From Methanosarcinales archaeon (GTDB lineage: Archaea; Halobacteriota; Methanosarcinia; Methanosarcinales; Methanogasteraceae): a stretch of 46,154 nucleotides of DNA. Positions 27,398 to 36,232 of the stretch are shown one piece after another. The stretch covers positions 1 to 46,154 of the forward strand of contig JAUVWP010000002.1 of assembly GCA_030604085.1 (NCBI GenBank), read 5' to 3'. The translations under genes and the position numbers were made by a program. How positions within the stretch are numbered: position 1 is the first letter of the stretch; each line of letters starts with the position of its first letter. The notes under the pieces are model-generated. The model ran no database searches, was not told the DNA's origin, and saw nothing but the letters and a program-made list of their open reading frames with translations.

Positions 27398-27877
27398 ATG
27401 ACAGACATCGAAGAAACGCCAGAAGAAACGGCAGAGATAAAACATCTTGTGCGTATCGCAAACGCCGACCTGGATGGACACCAGTCGGTTCAGTACGCGC
27501 TCACAGGGTTGAAGGGCGTTGGTATACGGACATCAAGGATTCTCGCAGACGGTGCCGGGATAGATCCGACATCGGTCATAGGGTCACTGAATGATGCTGA
27601 AGTCGAAAAACTCAAGCAGGCAATCGCGAATTTTGAAGGTACAGTCCCGACATGGATGCTGAATCGAAGGCGGGATCTCCTGACCGGCGAGGATAAACAT
27701 ATCATCGGTGTGGATCTTGGGTTATCTGTGACCGAAGATATCAACACCATGAAGAAGACCCGCAGCTACAGTGGAATCCGGCATGAGCGGGGCTTAAGGG
27801 TTCGCGGACAGCGGATACGGTCGACAGGAAGAAGCGGTGCCACGGTTGGCGTCAGCAGAAAACGCATAGCGAAGTAG
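27398..27877 (+). CDS. rps13: 30S ribosomal protein S13 (uS13)
   Basis: 159 aa with [29 protein letters not shown]..., typical of uS13. Confidence 0.95.
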   Translation: MTDIEETPEETAEIKHLVRIANADLDGHQSVQYALTGLKGVGIRTSRILADGAGIDPTSVIGSLNDAEVEKLKQAIANFEGTVPTWMLNRRRDLLTGEDKHIIGVDLGLSVTEDINTMKKTRSYSGIRHERGLRVRGQRIRSTGRSGATVGVSRKRIAK

Positions 27878-27885
27878 GTGAATTC

Positions 27886-28455
27886 ATGGGACATCCACGC
27901 AAATATCATAAAACATACAGCACGCCAAGACATCCATGGCAGGCAGAGAAACTCGCATTCGAGAGTGAACTGGTCAAGACTTACGGGCTTCGGAACAAGC
28001 GTGAGGTCTGGACTGCCGAGAACATCCTTCGTAAGTACAGGCGCGCTGCACGCAGATTGCTCGCCGAATCCGCAGCAAAGGGAGAACTTGCCGGACATAC
28101 GAAAGATGAGGCAGACCAGATCATTGCATGATTGCAGCGTTACGGAGTTCTGAAGAGTGATACAAATCTGGACGCTATCCTGAGTCTTGAGATCGGGGAT
28201 ATCCTCGAACGGCGTCTCCAGACACAGGTGTACCGGCAGGGACTTGTGCACAGTATGCGCCAGGCGCGGCAGTTCATCACGCACGGACACGTTGCAATAT
28301 CCGGGCGCAGAACGTCGGTGCCGAGTTACATCGTATCAAAGGAAGAAGAGATGCTGATCGACTATTACAAGAACTCTCCACTTGCGCATGAAATGCACCC
28401 TGAGCGTCCGACCAGAGTTCAGGAAGGGGATAGCATACTGGACAAGGAGGCATGA
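27886..28455 (+). CDS. rps4: 30S ribosomal protein S4 (uS4), with an in-frame TGA at 28129-28131
   Basis: ORFs 27886..28131 and 28132..28455 share a frame and together give a full-length uS4: [18 protein letters not shown]...DQIIA*LQRYGVL...[13 protein letters not shown]...[10 protein letters not shown]. Confidence 0.85.
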
Positions 28456-28459
28456 TAGA

Positions 28460-28849
28460 ATGGCAGAACAGAAATGGGCTGTTGCGAACATACATTCATC
28501 GTTTAACAATACACTGATCACGGTCACCGATCTGACCGGGGCTGAGACTATTGCAAAGTCATCAGGCGGCATGGTCACCAAGGTGGCGCGGGACGAGGGA
28601 TCCCCGTACATCGCAATGCAGATCGTCGGTCAGATAGTGGATCAATTGAAGGACAAAGGATTTACAGGTGTGCACATCAAGATCAGGGCGCCGGGCGGCA
28701 ACAAGCAGCGAAGTCCTGGACCGGGCGCGCAGGCGGCTGTACGTGCTTTCGCGAGAGCCGGGATGCGCATCGGAAAGATCGAGGATGTGACACCGCTGGC
28801 GCACGACGGCACCATGGCAAAGGGCGGACGGCGTGGCAGACGAATCTAA
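28460..28849 (+). CDS. rps11: 30S ribosomal protein S11 (uS11)
   Basis: [39 protein letters not shown]..., from the ATG at 28460 just after the rps4 stop. Confidence 0.95.
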   Translation: MAEQKWAVANIHSSFNNTLITVTDLTGAETIAKSSGGMVTKVARDEGSPYIAMQIVGQIVDQLKDKGFTGVHIKIRAPGGNKQRSPGPGAQAAVRAFARAGMRIGKIEDVTPLAHDGTMAKGGRRGRRI

Positions 28850-28863
28850 GATTTAGATTAGAT

Positions 28864-29058
28864 TTAACAGGGCTTGTCGGATCGACAGCACTGTTTCGCG
28901 ACCCATGATTCGAGTGCGCGGTTGAAATCCTCGGCATCCATGTAAATTTTGCCGCAAACCGGGCACTGCGATCCATTTATATCTCTACCGTATCGGTTGA
29001 GAGTCGTTGGCACGGTCAGCGCGCCGCATTCACATCGCATGGTCTGTGGTTCGGGCAT
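28864..29058 (-). CDS. small Cys-rich (zinc-ribbon-like) hypothetical protein
   Basis: 64-aa ORF with CEC...CPVCG and a C-terminal CC...C. It is convergent with rps11 and I recognise no homology. Confidence 0.4.
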   Translation of the reverse strand: MPEPQTMRCECGALTVPTTLNRYGRDINGSQCPVCGKIYMDAEDFNRALESWVAKQCCRSDKPC

Positions 29059-29165
29059 GCTGATGATATGATGCTGGGTGCGGGATTAAACTTGCTGTTC
29101 ATGCTCTGTATCCTGCCATCCTGATTTAGACTATTTTAGATCCGTGCACAGGAGAAGATAAGACA

Positions 29166-29173
29166 TTTAAAGA
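29166..29173 (+). promoter_or_regulatory. TATA-box-like element upstream of tgtA
   Basis: TTTAAAGA lies 24 nt upstream of the tgtA ATG (29190), consistent with a leaderless mRNA. Confidence 0.45.
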
Positions 29174-29189
29174 TAGACGAACCACCATC

Positions 29190-30677
29190 ATGTCCCACTT
29201 CGAGATCACACACAAGGACTCAGCAGGCCGGATCGGAAGATTGCATACCGGTCACGGGAGAATCGAGACCCCGACCGTCATGCCTGTGGTAAACCCGAAC
29301 ATACAGATGATACCCGCGTCCGAACTCACGAAATTCGGGGCAGAGATCGCGATCACCAATGCGTACATCATCTACCAGAACCCGAAACTGAAAGAACATG
29401 CGCTGGACAGAGGCGTGCATTCCCTGCTCGATTTCGATGGTGCGATCATGACCGATTCGGGATCGTACCAGTTATCAGTGTACCACGACATCGATATCTC
29501 TTCAGAGGAGATCATCCGCTTCCAGCAGATGATCGGCTCTGACATCGGTGTACCGCTCGACATCCCGACGCCGCCTGATGTGCCGCGTGAGCGCGCCGGG
29601 TCAGAGATGAGGACGACGATTGAGAGGTGCGAGGCGGCGCACAGGCTTATGGAGTCGGACGGGCTGGCTGGTTCAATGCTCCTTGCAGGCACCGTGCAGG
29701 GATCGACCCATCCGGACCTGCGGTACGAATGCGCTCGCTCGCTCTCCAAAATCGGCTTTGACATCTACCCGATAGGTGCGGTTGTGCCGCTGCTTGTGAA
29801 CTACCGGTTCGCTGATATGGTGGATGCGATCGTGGCGTCGAAGAAAGGGCTCTCTCCGGCTGCGCCTGTCCATCTCTTTGGCGCAGGGCATCCTGCGATG
29901 TTTGCGCTTGCGGTCGCGCTTGGATGCGATCTCTTCGATTCGGCAGCGTATGCGCTCTATGCGCGGGACGGGAGGTATCTCACCGCTGACGGGACCTACC
30001 ATCTGGCTGATCTTAAGTATCTTCCATGTTCCTGCCCTGTATGCGCATCGCATACTGCAGATGAATTGAGAGACGAATTTGCAAGCGGAAATTATATTTC
30101 ACTTGCAGAGCACAACCTGTATGCGACGTTTGAGGAGATCCGGACCATAAAGCAGTGTATCATCGAGGGCAACCTCTGGGAACTCGTCGAGCGCAGGTGC
30201 AGGGCGCATCCGAGACTGCTTGATGGGCTCAAGCGTGCCATCTGTCATACAGACTGGATTGAGAGGTTCGATCCGATCCAGAAGTCGACGTTCTTCTACT
30301 GCGGAAGCGAATCCGCATACCGGGCAGAGGTGCTCAGGTTCGGTGAGCGGCTCGACCGGTTCGATCTGGACGGAACCGTGCTTGTGCGGACCCTGAAAGT
30401 TAGGGAGGAGGCGGATCGGTTCGATCATGTGCTCAATCTGAAAGCGCCGTTTGGTGCATATCCTGTGGAACTTGGCGAGACGTATCCGTTCAATGCAGAG
30501 GTGCCCCGGTCGTCAGAACCGGATTACGAGGCGGCTTCGGTTGCGCTCGGAAACGTGCTTCGCCTGATCCGACAGAATCCCGACGCAAGGTTTACGGTCG
30601 TCTGCGAATGGAAGCATCCGCTCCTTGCAGAGATCGTGGCTTATCCGAATGCCCGGGGAGATTTTACCCATCAATAA
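29190..30677 (+). CDS. tgtA: archaeosine tRNA-guanine transglycosylase
   Basis: MSHFEITHKDSAGRIGRLHTGHGRIETPTVMPVVNP, MTDSGSYQ, and a zinc site CSCPVC...H, typical of ArcTGT. Confidence 0.9.
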   Translation: MSHFEITHKDSAGRIGRLHTGHGRIETPTVMPVVNPNIQMIPASELTKFGAEIAITNAYIIYQNPKLKEHALDRGVHSLLDFDGAIMTDSGSYQLSVYHDIDISSEEIIRFQQMIGSDIGVPLDIPTPPDVPRERAGSEMRTTIERCEAAHRLMESDGLAGSMLLAGTVQGSTHPDLRYECARSLSKIGFDIYPIGAVVPLLVNYRFADMVDAIVASKKGLSPAAPVHLFGAGHPAMFALAVALGCDLFDSAAYALYARDGRYLTADGTYHLADLKYLPCSCPVCASHTADELRDEFASGNYISLAEHNLYATFEEIRTIKQCIIEGNLWELVERRCRAHPRLLDGLKRAICHTDWIERFDPIQKSTFFYCGSESAYRAEVLRFGERLDRFDLDGTVLVRTLKVREEADRFDHVLNLKAPFGAYPVELGETYPFNAEVPRSSEPDYEAASVALGNVLRLIRQNPDARFTVVCEWKHPLLAEIVAYPNARGDFTHQ

Positions 30678-30807
30678 ATGATTTCGGAGCAGGGGCACCA
30701 CTTAAAATCAGCCCCGCCACCCCGGGTAACTTCACAATCATGGCCCCCGATTTGACCCCAATATTTATGATCGATGAGAAGTTTTATACTATGTAAGTGT
30801 GGGGTTG

Positions 30808-31332
30808 ATGTGTATGAATGAAACCGAGTGCACAAATTCCAGAGGGCTATCATGCCATGCACTGGTCGCAGCCGTGGCGAAGGTATCGTATCAGCGGTTC
30901 CGAGACGCGCGTGTGCTCTTTGACCCGATCATCAGGGAGGCGACCCTGATCCGGATGCAGGAGTTGGGTATGGACATGTCGCTCAGGTTTGACCGACCGG
31001 AGGATGCGATCCACCATTTCACCGAGTTCACTCCAGATGTGCACGACTTCAGCATAACCACGACACCGGGTGGTGCTGTCAGGCTTGAGATCGGCAGCAC
31101 CTGCCCATTTCGGGATGCATGCCAGATCGTGGATAAAAAAATCGGGATGGTCAAGGGATGTGCCGAGGCGATCCTACTGCTGCAGGTGATCGAATGCGTA
31201 GGCCCGCAGGGCGAGCCCCTCACATACGACTTCCAGCCGGCACAGCGACCGAGTAAGGCATGTACAATCCATATAGGCACGGTCGAGCAGATCGTACTGA
31301 ATCAGGAAAGCCAAGGGCTGTATACGGACTGA
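30808..31332 (+). CDS. Cys-rich hypothetical protein
   Basis: The ORF 30799..31332 has candidate ATG starts at 30808 and 30814, about 25 nt after a TTTTATAC box. No family recognised. Its 3' end overlaps the sppA 3' end by 113 nt. Confidence 0.5.
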   Translation: MCMNETECTNSRGLSCHALVAAVAKVSYQRFRDARVLFDPIIREATLIRMQELGMDMSLRFDRPEDAIHHFTEFTPDVHDFSITTTPGGAVRLEIGSTCPFRDACQIVDKKIGMVKGCAEAILLLQVIECVGPQGEPLTYDFQPAQRPSKACTIHIGTVEQIVLNQESQGLYTD

Positions 31333-32521
31333 TATATTCCGCACTTTCTTCGCTTCCGAATAACAACTGGGAGAGCGATGGTTTGTTCATATACGTGATC
31401 GTGGGCTCTCCTGTGATATTTCCGAGTTCTGCTGCTATATCGATGGCATCATACATATTACCGGTCTCATCCACCAGCCCAAGATCCATAGCCGCCGCAC
31501 CGGTATATATCCGCCCATCTGACAGGTTCAGCACCTCTTCCCTGGTCATGTTCCTGCCGGCAGCGATATCGTCCACAAACGTCGAGAAGACCTCCATTAC
31601 GACTTCATTGGCATACGCCTGCTCGTCCACAGTCAAGTTTCTCCAGTCAGCACCCATGTCCTTGAATTCCCCTGATTTTGCAACCCAGTGCTCAATCCCT
31701 TCCTCGTCGTAGTATCCGCTCTTGTTCTCAAAGACCCATATCACGCCGATGCTGCCTGTGATGGTGCCTGGATTCGCGATGATCCGGTCGGCAGGCGCTG
31801 AGATGTGGTATGCAGCGCTTGTAGCGATATCGCCCATCGAGATCACCACCGGCTTCTTCTCCTTCGCCTTCTCAATCTCCCTTTTGATCTCCTGCGATGC
31901 TGCTACCGAGCCGCCCGGGCTATTTACCCGCAGAACGATCGCTTTTACATTATCGTCATCTGCTGCAAGTCTCAAGTGCTTGCAGACGCTTTCTGATGTT
32001 GAAACCCCGAATCCATCAGGTATTCCACCTGTAATCATCATTCCCTGCACATAGATCACTGCAACCTGATCTTTGTCGGTATAGACACCGTGCAGATCAA
32101 CGCCACCAAAGATCACTGCAAGACTCACTCCAATGATCAGTATCAGCGAGAACACGATCACAATGTAGGCGAAGAATCCTCTCGATGAACCTCCTTTCGG
32201 TGGTGGGGTGGGAGCGCCCGGCGGGATCGGCGTCTGCGGAGGCGGCGAGTGTGGAGGGGGTGTTTGGGGCGTTGGAGATAGCGGCGCGGGGATGGGTTGG
32301 GGCGACGTATTGTTGCCGAGGTGTCTATCATCGATCCGACTCTCTCGATCCTCCCTATCATCGATCGACGCCTCAATCTGCCCGGTTTTATCACCCAGGT
32401 CCGATCTCTCTGTTTTCGCGCTATCTATATGCTCCTGCCCTGTCATCGTTGATCTATGGTTGTGTGCTATTAAAAGCGTTCTGAAAATTGTGGCGCACTT
32501 CTCATCTTCCGCATCCGACAT
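31220..32521 (-). CDS. sppA: signal peptide peptidase SppA (S49 family) with a Pro-rich N-terminal region and TM anchor
   Basis: It has a Pro-rich linker (PQPIPAPLSPTPQTPPPHSPPPQTPIPPGAPTPPP), a TM helix and an S49 core (VLRVNSPGGSVAASQEI, SMGDIATSAAYHISAPADRI). Confidence 0.85.
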   Translation of the reverse strand: MSDAEDEKCATIFRTLLIAHNHRSTMTGQEHIDSAKTERSDLGDKTGQIEASIDDREDRESRIDDRHLGNNTSPQPIPAPLSPTPQTPPPHSPPPQTPIPPGAPTPPPKGGSSRGFFAYIVIVFSLILIIGVSLAVIFGGVDLHGVYTDKDQVAVIYVQGMMITGGIPDGFGVSTSESVCKHLRLAADDDNVKAIVLRVNSPGGSVAASQEIKREIEKAKEKKPVVISMGDIATSAAYHISAPADRIIANPGTITGSIGVIWVFENKSGYYDEEGIEHWVAKSGEFKDMGADWRNLTVDEQAYANEVVMEVFSTFVDDIAAGRNMTREEVLNLSDGRIYTGAAAMDLGLVDETGNMYDAIDIAAELGNITGEPTITYMNKPSLSQLLFGSEESAEYISPYTALGFPDSVRSARPCLYGLYMPYSVAVPAGSRM

Positions 32522-32567
32522 ACCACCTTAATATGTCATCGTACAATCTATAAGTTACAATCACAAA

Positions 32568-32640
32568 AGCCCCGTAGGGTAGCGGTCAAGCCTGCAGGTC
32601 CTTGGAACCTGCGACGGCGGTTCAAATCCGCCCGGGGCTA
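32568..32640 (+). tRNA. tRNA-Gln (anticodon UUG) with an unusual C at position 33
   Basis: AGCCCCG-TA-GGGT-AGCGGTCAA-GCCT-G-CAGGT-CCTTGGA-ACCTG-CGAC-GGCGG-TTCAAAT-CCGCC-CGGGGCT-A folds as a 73-nt cloverleaf. The anticodon loop is CC-TTG-GA. Confidence 0.8.
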
Positions 32641-32790
32641 TCCAAGCAGGAGTGTCGCATTGCGTGTGTTATTCGTGCTAAAAACGATCATGTAAAATGT
32701 TCAAAACCGTAGTAACACCAGATGGCGTGACACCTCATCCAAGCGATATGATTATATGATTGTACCGTATAATATCGCGGAGTGACCGAT

Positions 32791-33741
32791 ATGCTATCTG
32801 TGAACGAGACTGCACTGGACATCGTGGAGGAGATGATCGACTTAAGCGAGGAGTTTAAAATCAAAGCTCACACGCTTGACAATGGCGCTACGGTCATCGA
32901 TTGCGGTGTCGAGGTCGCAGGGAGTTATGAAGCCGGGCTTGCATTTACTGATGCGTGTATGGGCGGACTTGGGACGGCAACGCTCTGCGTGCGAAGCGTC
33001 GGCAACGTGCCGCTTGCGTTCGTTGATGTCGTTACTGATCATCCTTGCATCGCATCTCTCGGCGCACAGACCGCGGGCTGGCAGATCTATGTCGGGAAGT
33101 ATGTTGCGATGGGTTCGGGACCTGCGCGTGCGCTCGCGCAGAAGCCGGCAGCACTCTTTGAGAGGATCGCATATCATGACGATGCCGACTGCGCGGTCAT
33201 CGCGCTTGAATCGAACAAACTGCCGGACGATGAGGTTATGCAGTTCATCGCTGATAGCTGCGAGGTTGCTACTTCTGATGTCTTTGCACTGGTTGCGCCG
33301 ACCGCATGTATCGTTGGATCGGTGCAGGTCTCAGGGCGCGTGATCGAGACTGCAATCCGCAGGCTGGACGATCTCGGATTCGATACGAGAAAGATAGAGC
33401 GTGCGGTAGGAACCGCGCCGGTCGCTCCAGTGATGCTTGACGAGATGCGTGCGATAGGCGTGACAAATGATAGCATCATCTACTGCGGATCGGTGGTGCT
33501 CACCACCAGGGGATTTGAGGAGGAGATCTTCAAACAGGTGCCTGCCAGAACCTCGCAAGACTATGGCAAGCCGTTTTACAAGACGTTTGAGAGTGCAGGG
33601 TATGACTTTTCCAGGATCGAGCTGGATATATTTGCGCCAGCCGAGATCACGGTCAACGATCTCGATACCGGAAAGACATACCACACCGGGTCTCCGAGCG
33701 AGGAAGTGATACTCGAATCGTACGAAATTAGCGGAATTTAA
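32791..33741 (+). CDS. mch: methenyltetrahydromethanopterin cyclohydrolase
   Basis: MLSVNETALDIVEEMIDLSEEFKIKAHTLDNGATVIDCGV... is a full-length Mch-like sequence. Confidence 0.95.
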   Translation: MLSVNETALDIVEEMIDLSEEFKIKAHTLDNGATVIDCGVEVAGSYEAGLAFTDACMGGLGTATLCVRSVGNVPLAFVDVVTDHPCIASLGAQTAGWQIYVGKYVAMGSGPARALAQKPAALFERIAYHDDADCAVIALESNKLPDDEVMQFIADSCEVATSDVFALVAPTACIVGSVQVSGRVIETAIRRLDDLGFDTRKIERAVGTAPVAPVMLDEMRAIGVTNDSIIYCGSVVLTTRGFEEEIFKQVPARTSQDYGKPFYKTFESAGYDFSRIELDIFAPAEITVNDLDTGKTYHTGSPSEEVILESYEISGI

Positions 33742-33757
33742 TTAAAGAGGAGTTATC

Positions 33758-33979
33758 TTGTTTCCAACAAAGAAAGTTCAGAGCATGATCGGGTTCAGGG
33801 TACAGGTTGAGATGAAAGGCGACACGCATATTCTCGAGGGTGAACTCGAGAGCGTGGACGACTATCTGAATCTGCATATGCTGGATACCGTGGAGATTGC
33901 TGACGGAGAGCGGCTTCGTTCTCTTGGATCGGTCGTCCTTCGTGGCAATAACATCATTCTAATCGTCCCGGTCGAATAA
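33758..33979 (+). CDS. Sm-like (LSm) archaeal protein
   Basis: The Sm1/Sm2 pattern is present (VQVEMKGDTHILEGELESVDDYLNLHM...VVLRGNNIILI). A TTG start follows an AGAGGAG Shine-Dalgarno with a 6-nt spacer. Confidence 0.85.
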   Translation: MFPTKKVQSMIGFRVQVEMKGDTHILEGELESVDDYLNLHMLDTVEIADGERLRSLGSVVLRGNNIILIVPVE

Positions 33980-33997
33980 AAACGGAGATGGCGTTTG

Positions 33998-34330
33998 ATG
34001 GAAGAGATCGAAGAGCGCGCACTTGGATTGATACGTCGCGGCAAAGACGGAATGTTGCAGAACCAGCTACGGCTGGAACTCGGGGTCGACGGCAGAAGAT
34101 GTGCGCGCATCGTCCGCGCACTGCTGGACGCAAAATTTGTTGGACGCGAACTGGTGACGACAGGCGGCGTCCGGACATATCTGGTCAGGTTCACAGGCGG
34201 AGTCGGGAAATACGAACTGCTGATGGCAGGGAGGAAGTTTGATCCATGCGTCGGATGCATCGATGAATGCGATCCTGCCAGATGCGCCAAGCTGAACAAG
34301 TGGATCAGGGAACTAGGCGTGAGTTTATGA
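33998..34330 (+). CDS. winged-helix DNA-binding protein with a C-terminal CxxCx3Cx4C motif
   Basis: wHTH-like segment (MLQNQLRLELGVDGRRCARIVRALLDAKFVGRE) followed by CVGCIDECDPARC. Confidence 0.65.
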   Translation: MEEIEERALGLIRRGKDGMLQNQLRLELGVDGRRCARIVRALLDAKFVGRELVTTGGVRTYLVRFTGGVGKYELLMAGRKFDPCVGCIDECDPARCAKLNKWIRELGVSL

Positions 34331-34542
34331 GTGGGATTCCGATCCAGCTGTATAGTGTCGCAGCAGTAGCAGCGCTGTTATTTGGGTTCTGGGCTGTTAT
34401 GCTGATGGACTGCTTGAAGCGCCATGAACTCGAATTTCACACCGAGATGCCGAATCCAAAGCGTATGTGGACGATACTACTCATCGTCGGGATTCCATGG
34501 TGCGCTATCGTATACTTTTCCGCTGTGAAGCGGAAGGATTGA
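34327..34542 (+). CDS. small two-TM membrane protein (PLDc_N-like)
   Basis: 71 aa. The ATG overlaps the upstream stop (ATGA). The pattern W...ML.DC......P...MWTILLIVGIPWCAIVYF resembles the PLD N-terminal membrane domain family. Confidence 0.55.
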   Translation: MSGIPIQLYSVAAVAALLFGFWAVMLMDCLKRHELEFHTEMPNPKRMWTILLIVGIPWCAIVYFSAVKRKD

Positions 34543-34639
34543 GGGGGCGTTTGGATCGAGGAATGGGATGTGAAGTGGGTTTGAATCTACTTACGTTATG
34601 TAAATCGCGATTTTAAACTGCTGTTTTAACCATGTCAGC

Positions 34640-35779
34640 CTATTCGGTCACCGCATCGATAGCCCGCATTAGCATCCGGTTCTCTTCCCTCGTCCGAACC
34701 GCCACTCTGATATATCGCCCATCCAGGCACTGAAACGTTGCACAGTCCCTGACCAGTATCCCGTTGCCTGCCATTCTCCTTACCATCTCCTGCGAATCCA
34801 TGCCGGTACTGCTGATATCGACGAGAATGAAGTTGACCGCGCTTTCATGCGGAGAGAACCCGCGACTCGTGAACGCTTCCATGAGATACCGCCGCTCCTT
34901 TCGTATCAAGGCAATCGACCGATTGAGATAGTCCCCTTTCATGCATGCGCCCATCAGCTCCCTCCCGATCGCCTCGGCAGGCGCACCGACGTTCCAGACG
35001 AGCCGTGCATGGTTGAACAGTTCGGCGACCTCTGTTGATGTGATCCCGAAGCCAAGTCTGAGCCCGGGCACAGCAAACACCTTCGTAAGCGATCTTAACA
35101 CGACTACGAAATCAGAGTCAAAGACGGCATGAGCAACTGATTGGGCGGGATCTGATAGTTCTATGAACGCCTCGTCCACAAAGAGGAACGTTTCGTTATC
35201 AGAGCAGCGGTCCGCAAACTGTCTCACCGCGTCTCCGGCGATCAGATCTCCTGTCGGGTTGTTTGGATTGCACAGGAATACCGCGCTCGCATCCGAGATC
35301 TGGCTGGACGAAAGTTCGAGGATCTTTGAATAATCATGGTACTGCACGTCTGCTCCGAAGAGCCGGCACTGAAACGCGTATTCATCGAATGTGGGTGCAG
35401 GGATGATCACGCGATCACCGCGCTCGATTACCGTCTCTGCAAAGAGCCTGATGAGTTCTGATGATCCGTTCACAGGCACGATATTCTCTGCCGTGATCCG
35501 GGCAGGGTCGCTTGTCCCTGAACACACCTCAACAAAATCAGCGGATACGGCTCTCAATTTGGGATAGTCGTTGTCAGGATAATGAAAAATTCCCTCGATC
35601 TCCCGGATCGTGGTTGGGACGTCGGGCATGCCCATCGGATTCAGATTTGCGCTGAAATCGATCATCGGCTGGTCTGCATCTATATACTCTGCAATCCTGC
35701 CGCCATGTGCGCATGGAGCGCAGCCCTGTACCTCCTGCCGTACAAATCGCGTAATATCCTGCCGCATCGTAGGCATCAT
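34640..35779 (-). CDS. cobD: threonine-phosphate decarboxylase / histidinol-phosphate aminotransferase family (CobD-like)
   Basis: HGG...IDFSANLNPMG at the N-terminus, CNPNNPTG, and a PLP lysine context (SLTKVFAVPGLRLG). Confidence 0.75.
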   Translation of the reverse strand: MMPTMRQDITRFVRQEVQGCAPCAHGGRIAEYIDADQPMIDFSANLNPMGMPDVPTTIREIEGIFHYPDNDYPKLRAVSADFVEVCSGTSDPARITAENIVPVNGSSELIRLFAETVIERGDRVIIPAPTFDEYAFQCRLFGADVQYHDYSKILELSSSQISDASAVFLCNPNNPTGDLIAGDAVRQFADRCSDNETFLFVDEAFIELSDPAQSVAHAVFDSDFVVVLRSLTKVFAVPGLRLGFGITSTEVAELFNHARLVWNVGAPAEAIGRELMGACMKGDYLNRSIALIRKERRYLMEAFTSRGFSPHESAVNFILVDISSTGMDSQEMVRRMAGNGILVRDCATFQCLDGRYIRVAVRTREENRMLMRAIDAVTE

Positions 35780-35782
35780 GGA

Positions 35783-36232
35783 TCACTGGATGTACTCATC
35801 AAGGCTGCTCACGCCCTCGAGTTCGCTGGACTCGACCGCAACCTGATCAAAGAGACTCTTGCGCACATGGACTGGCGCGTCCGTCCGCACCGCGATCGCT
35901 ATACAGTCACTTGGTCTGGCATCGATCTCCTTATGAGAGTCCTCTGCATCGATGACCAGCCGCGCATAGAATGTGCCCTCGTCCAGATCATCGATCAGGA
36001 TGCGCTCCACCGTTCCGCCGAGTTCACCTATCAGCGAGACTATGAGATCGTGGGTCATGGGTCTCGGCGACAGTTCTTTTCGCAGTGCAAGGTGTATCGA
36101 CATCGCCTCTGCATGACCGACAAAGATCGGCATGATGTTGTCGCCGTCGGCAAGCAGTACCACTGGCGACATCTGCTTCGGGCTGCCAACCATGTATACG
36201 CCCTTGATTGTAGCGGCGATGGTATCCATCAT
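35783..36232 (-). CDS. bifunctional nuclease (BFN/DUF151) family protein
   Basis: PVVLLADGDNIMPIFVGHAEAMSIHLAL...RPMTHDL...GTFYARL...IDARPSDCIAIAVR matches the BFN domain pattern. GGTGAG Shine-Dalgarno upstream. Confidence 0.85.
   Translation of the reverse strand: MMDTIAATIKGVYMVGSPKQMSPVVLLADGDNIMPIFVGHAEAMSIHLALRKELSPRPMTHDLIVSLIGELGGTVERILIDDLDEGTFYARLVIDAEDSHKEIDARPSDCIAIAVRTDAPVHVRKSLFDQVAVESSELEGVSSLDEYIQ

Noticed and set aside
10598-28131. Selenocysteine or genome-wide TGA reassignment as the explanation for the two in-frame TGAs.
   Set aside because: Many genes here end on TGA at positions matching full-length homologues (rpoA1, rpoA2, rps4, mtaD, MC1, aCPSF1). I see no SECIS-like stem-loop near either site, and neither context is a redox Cys/Sec position. 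Error, mutation or local read-through are more likely, and those are reported as findings.
29061-29124. Possible C/D box sRNA (TGATGA at 29061-29066 and CTGA at 29121-29124, about 60 nt apart).
   Set aside because: No internal D' or C' boxes, no terminal complementary stem, and the base before the C box is not a purine. The TGATGA is part of ATG-rich sequence next to a start codon.
25216-32640. tRNA-Ser and tRNA-Gln as integration sites of mobile elements.
   Set aside because: No integrase, no partial tRNA direct repeat and no compositional shift occurs next to either tRNA. The neighbours are core genes (psmB, pyk, sppA, mch).
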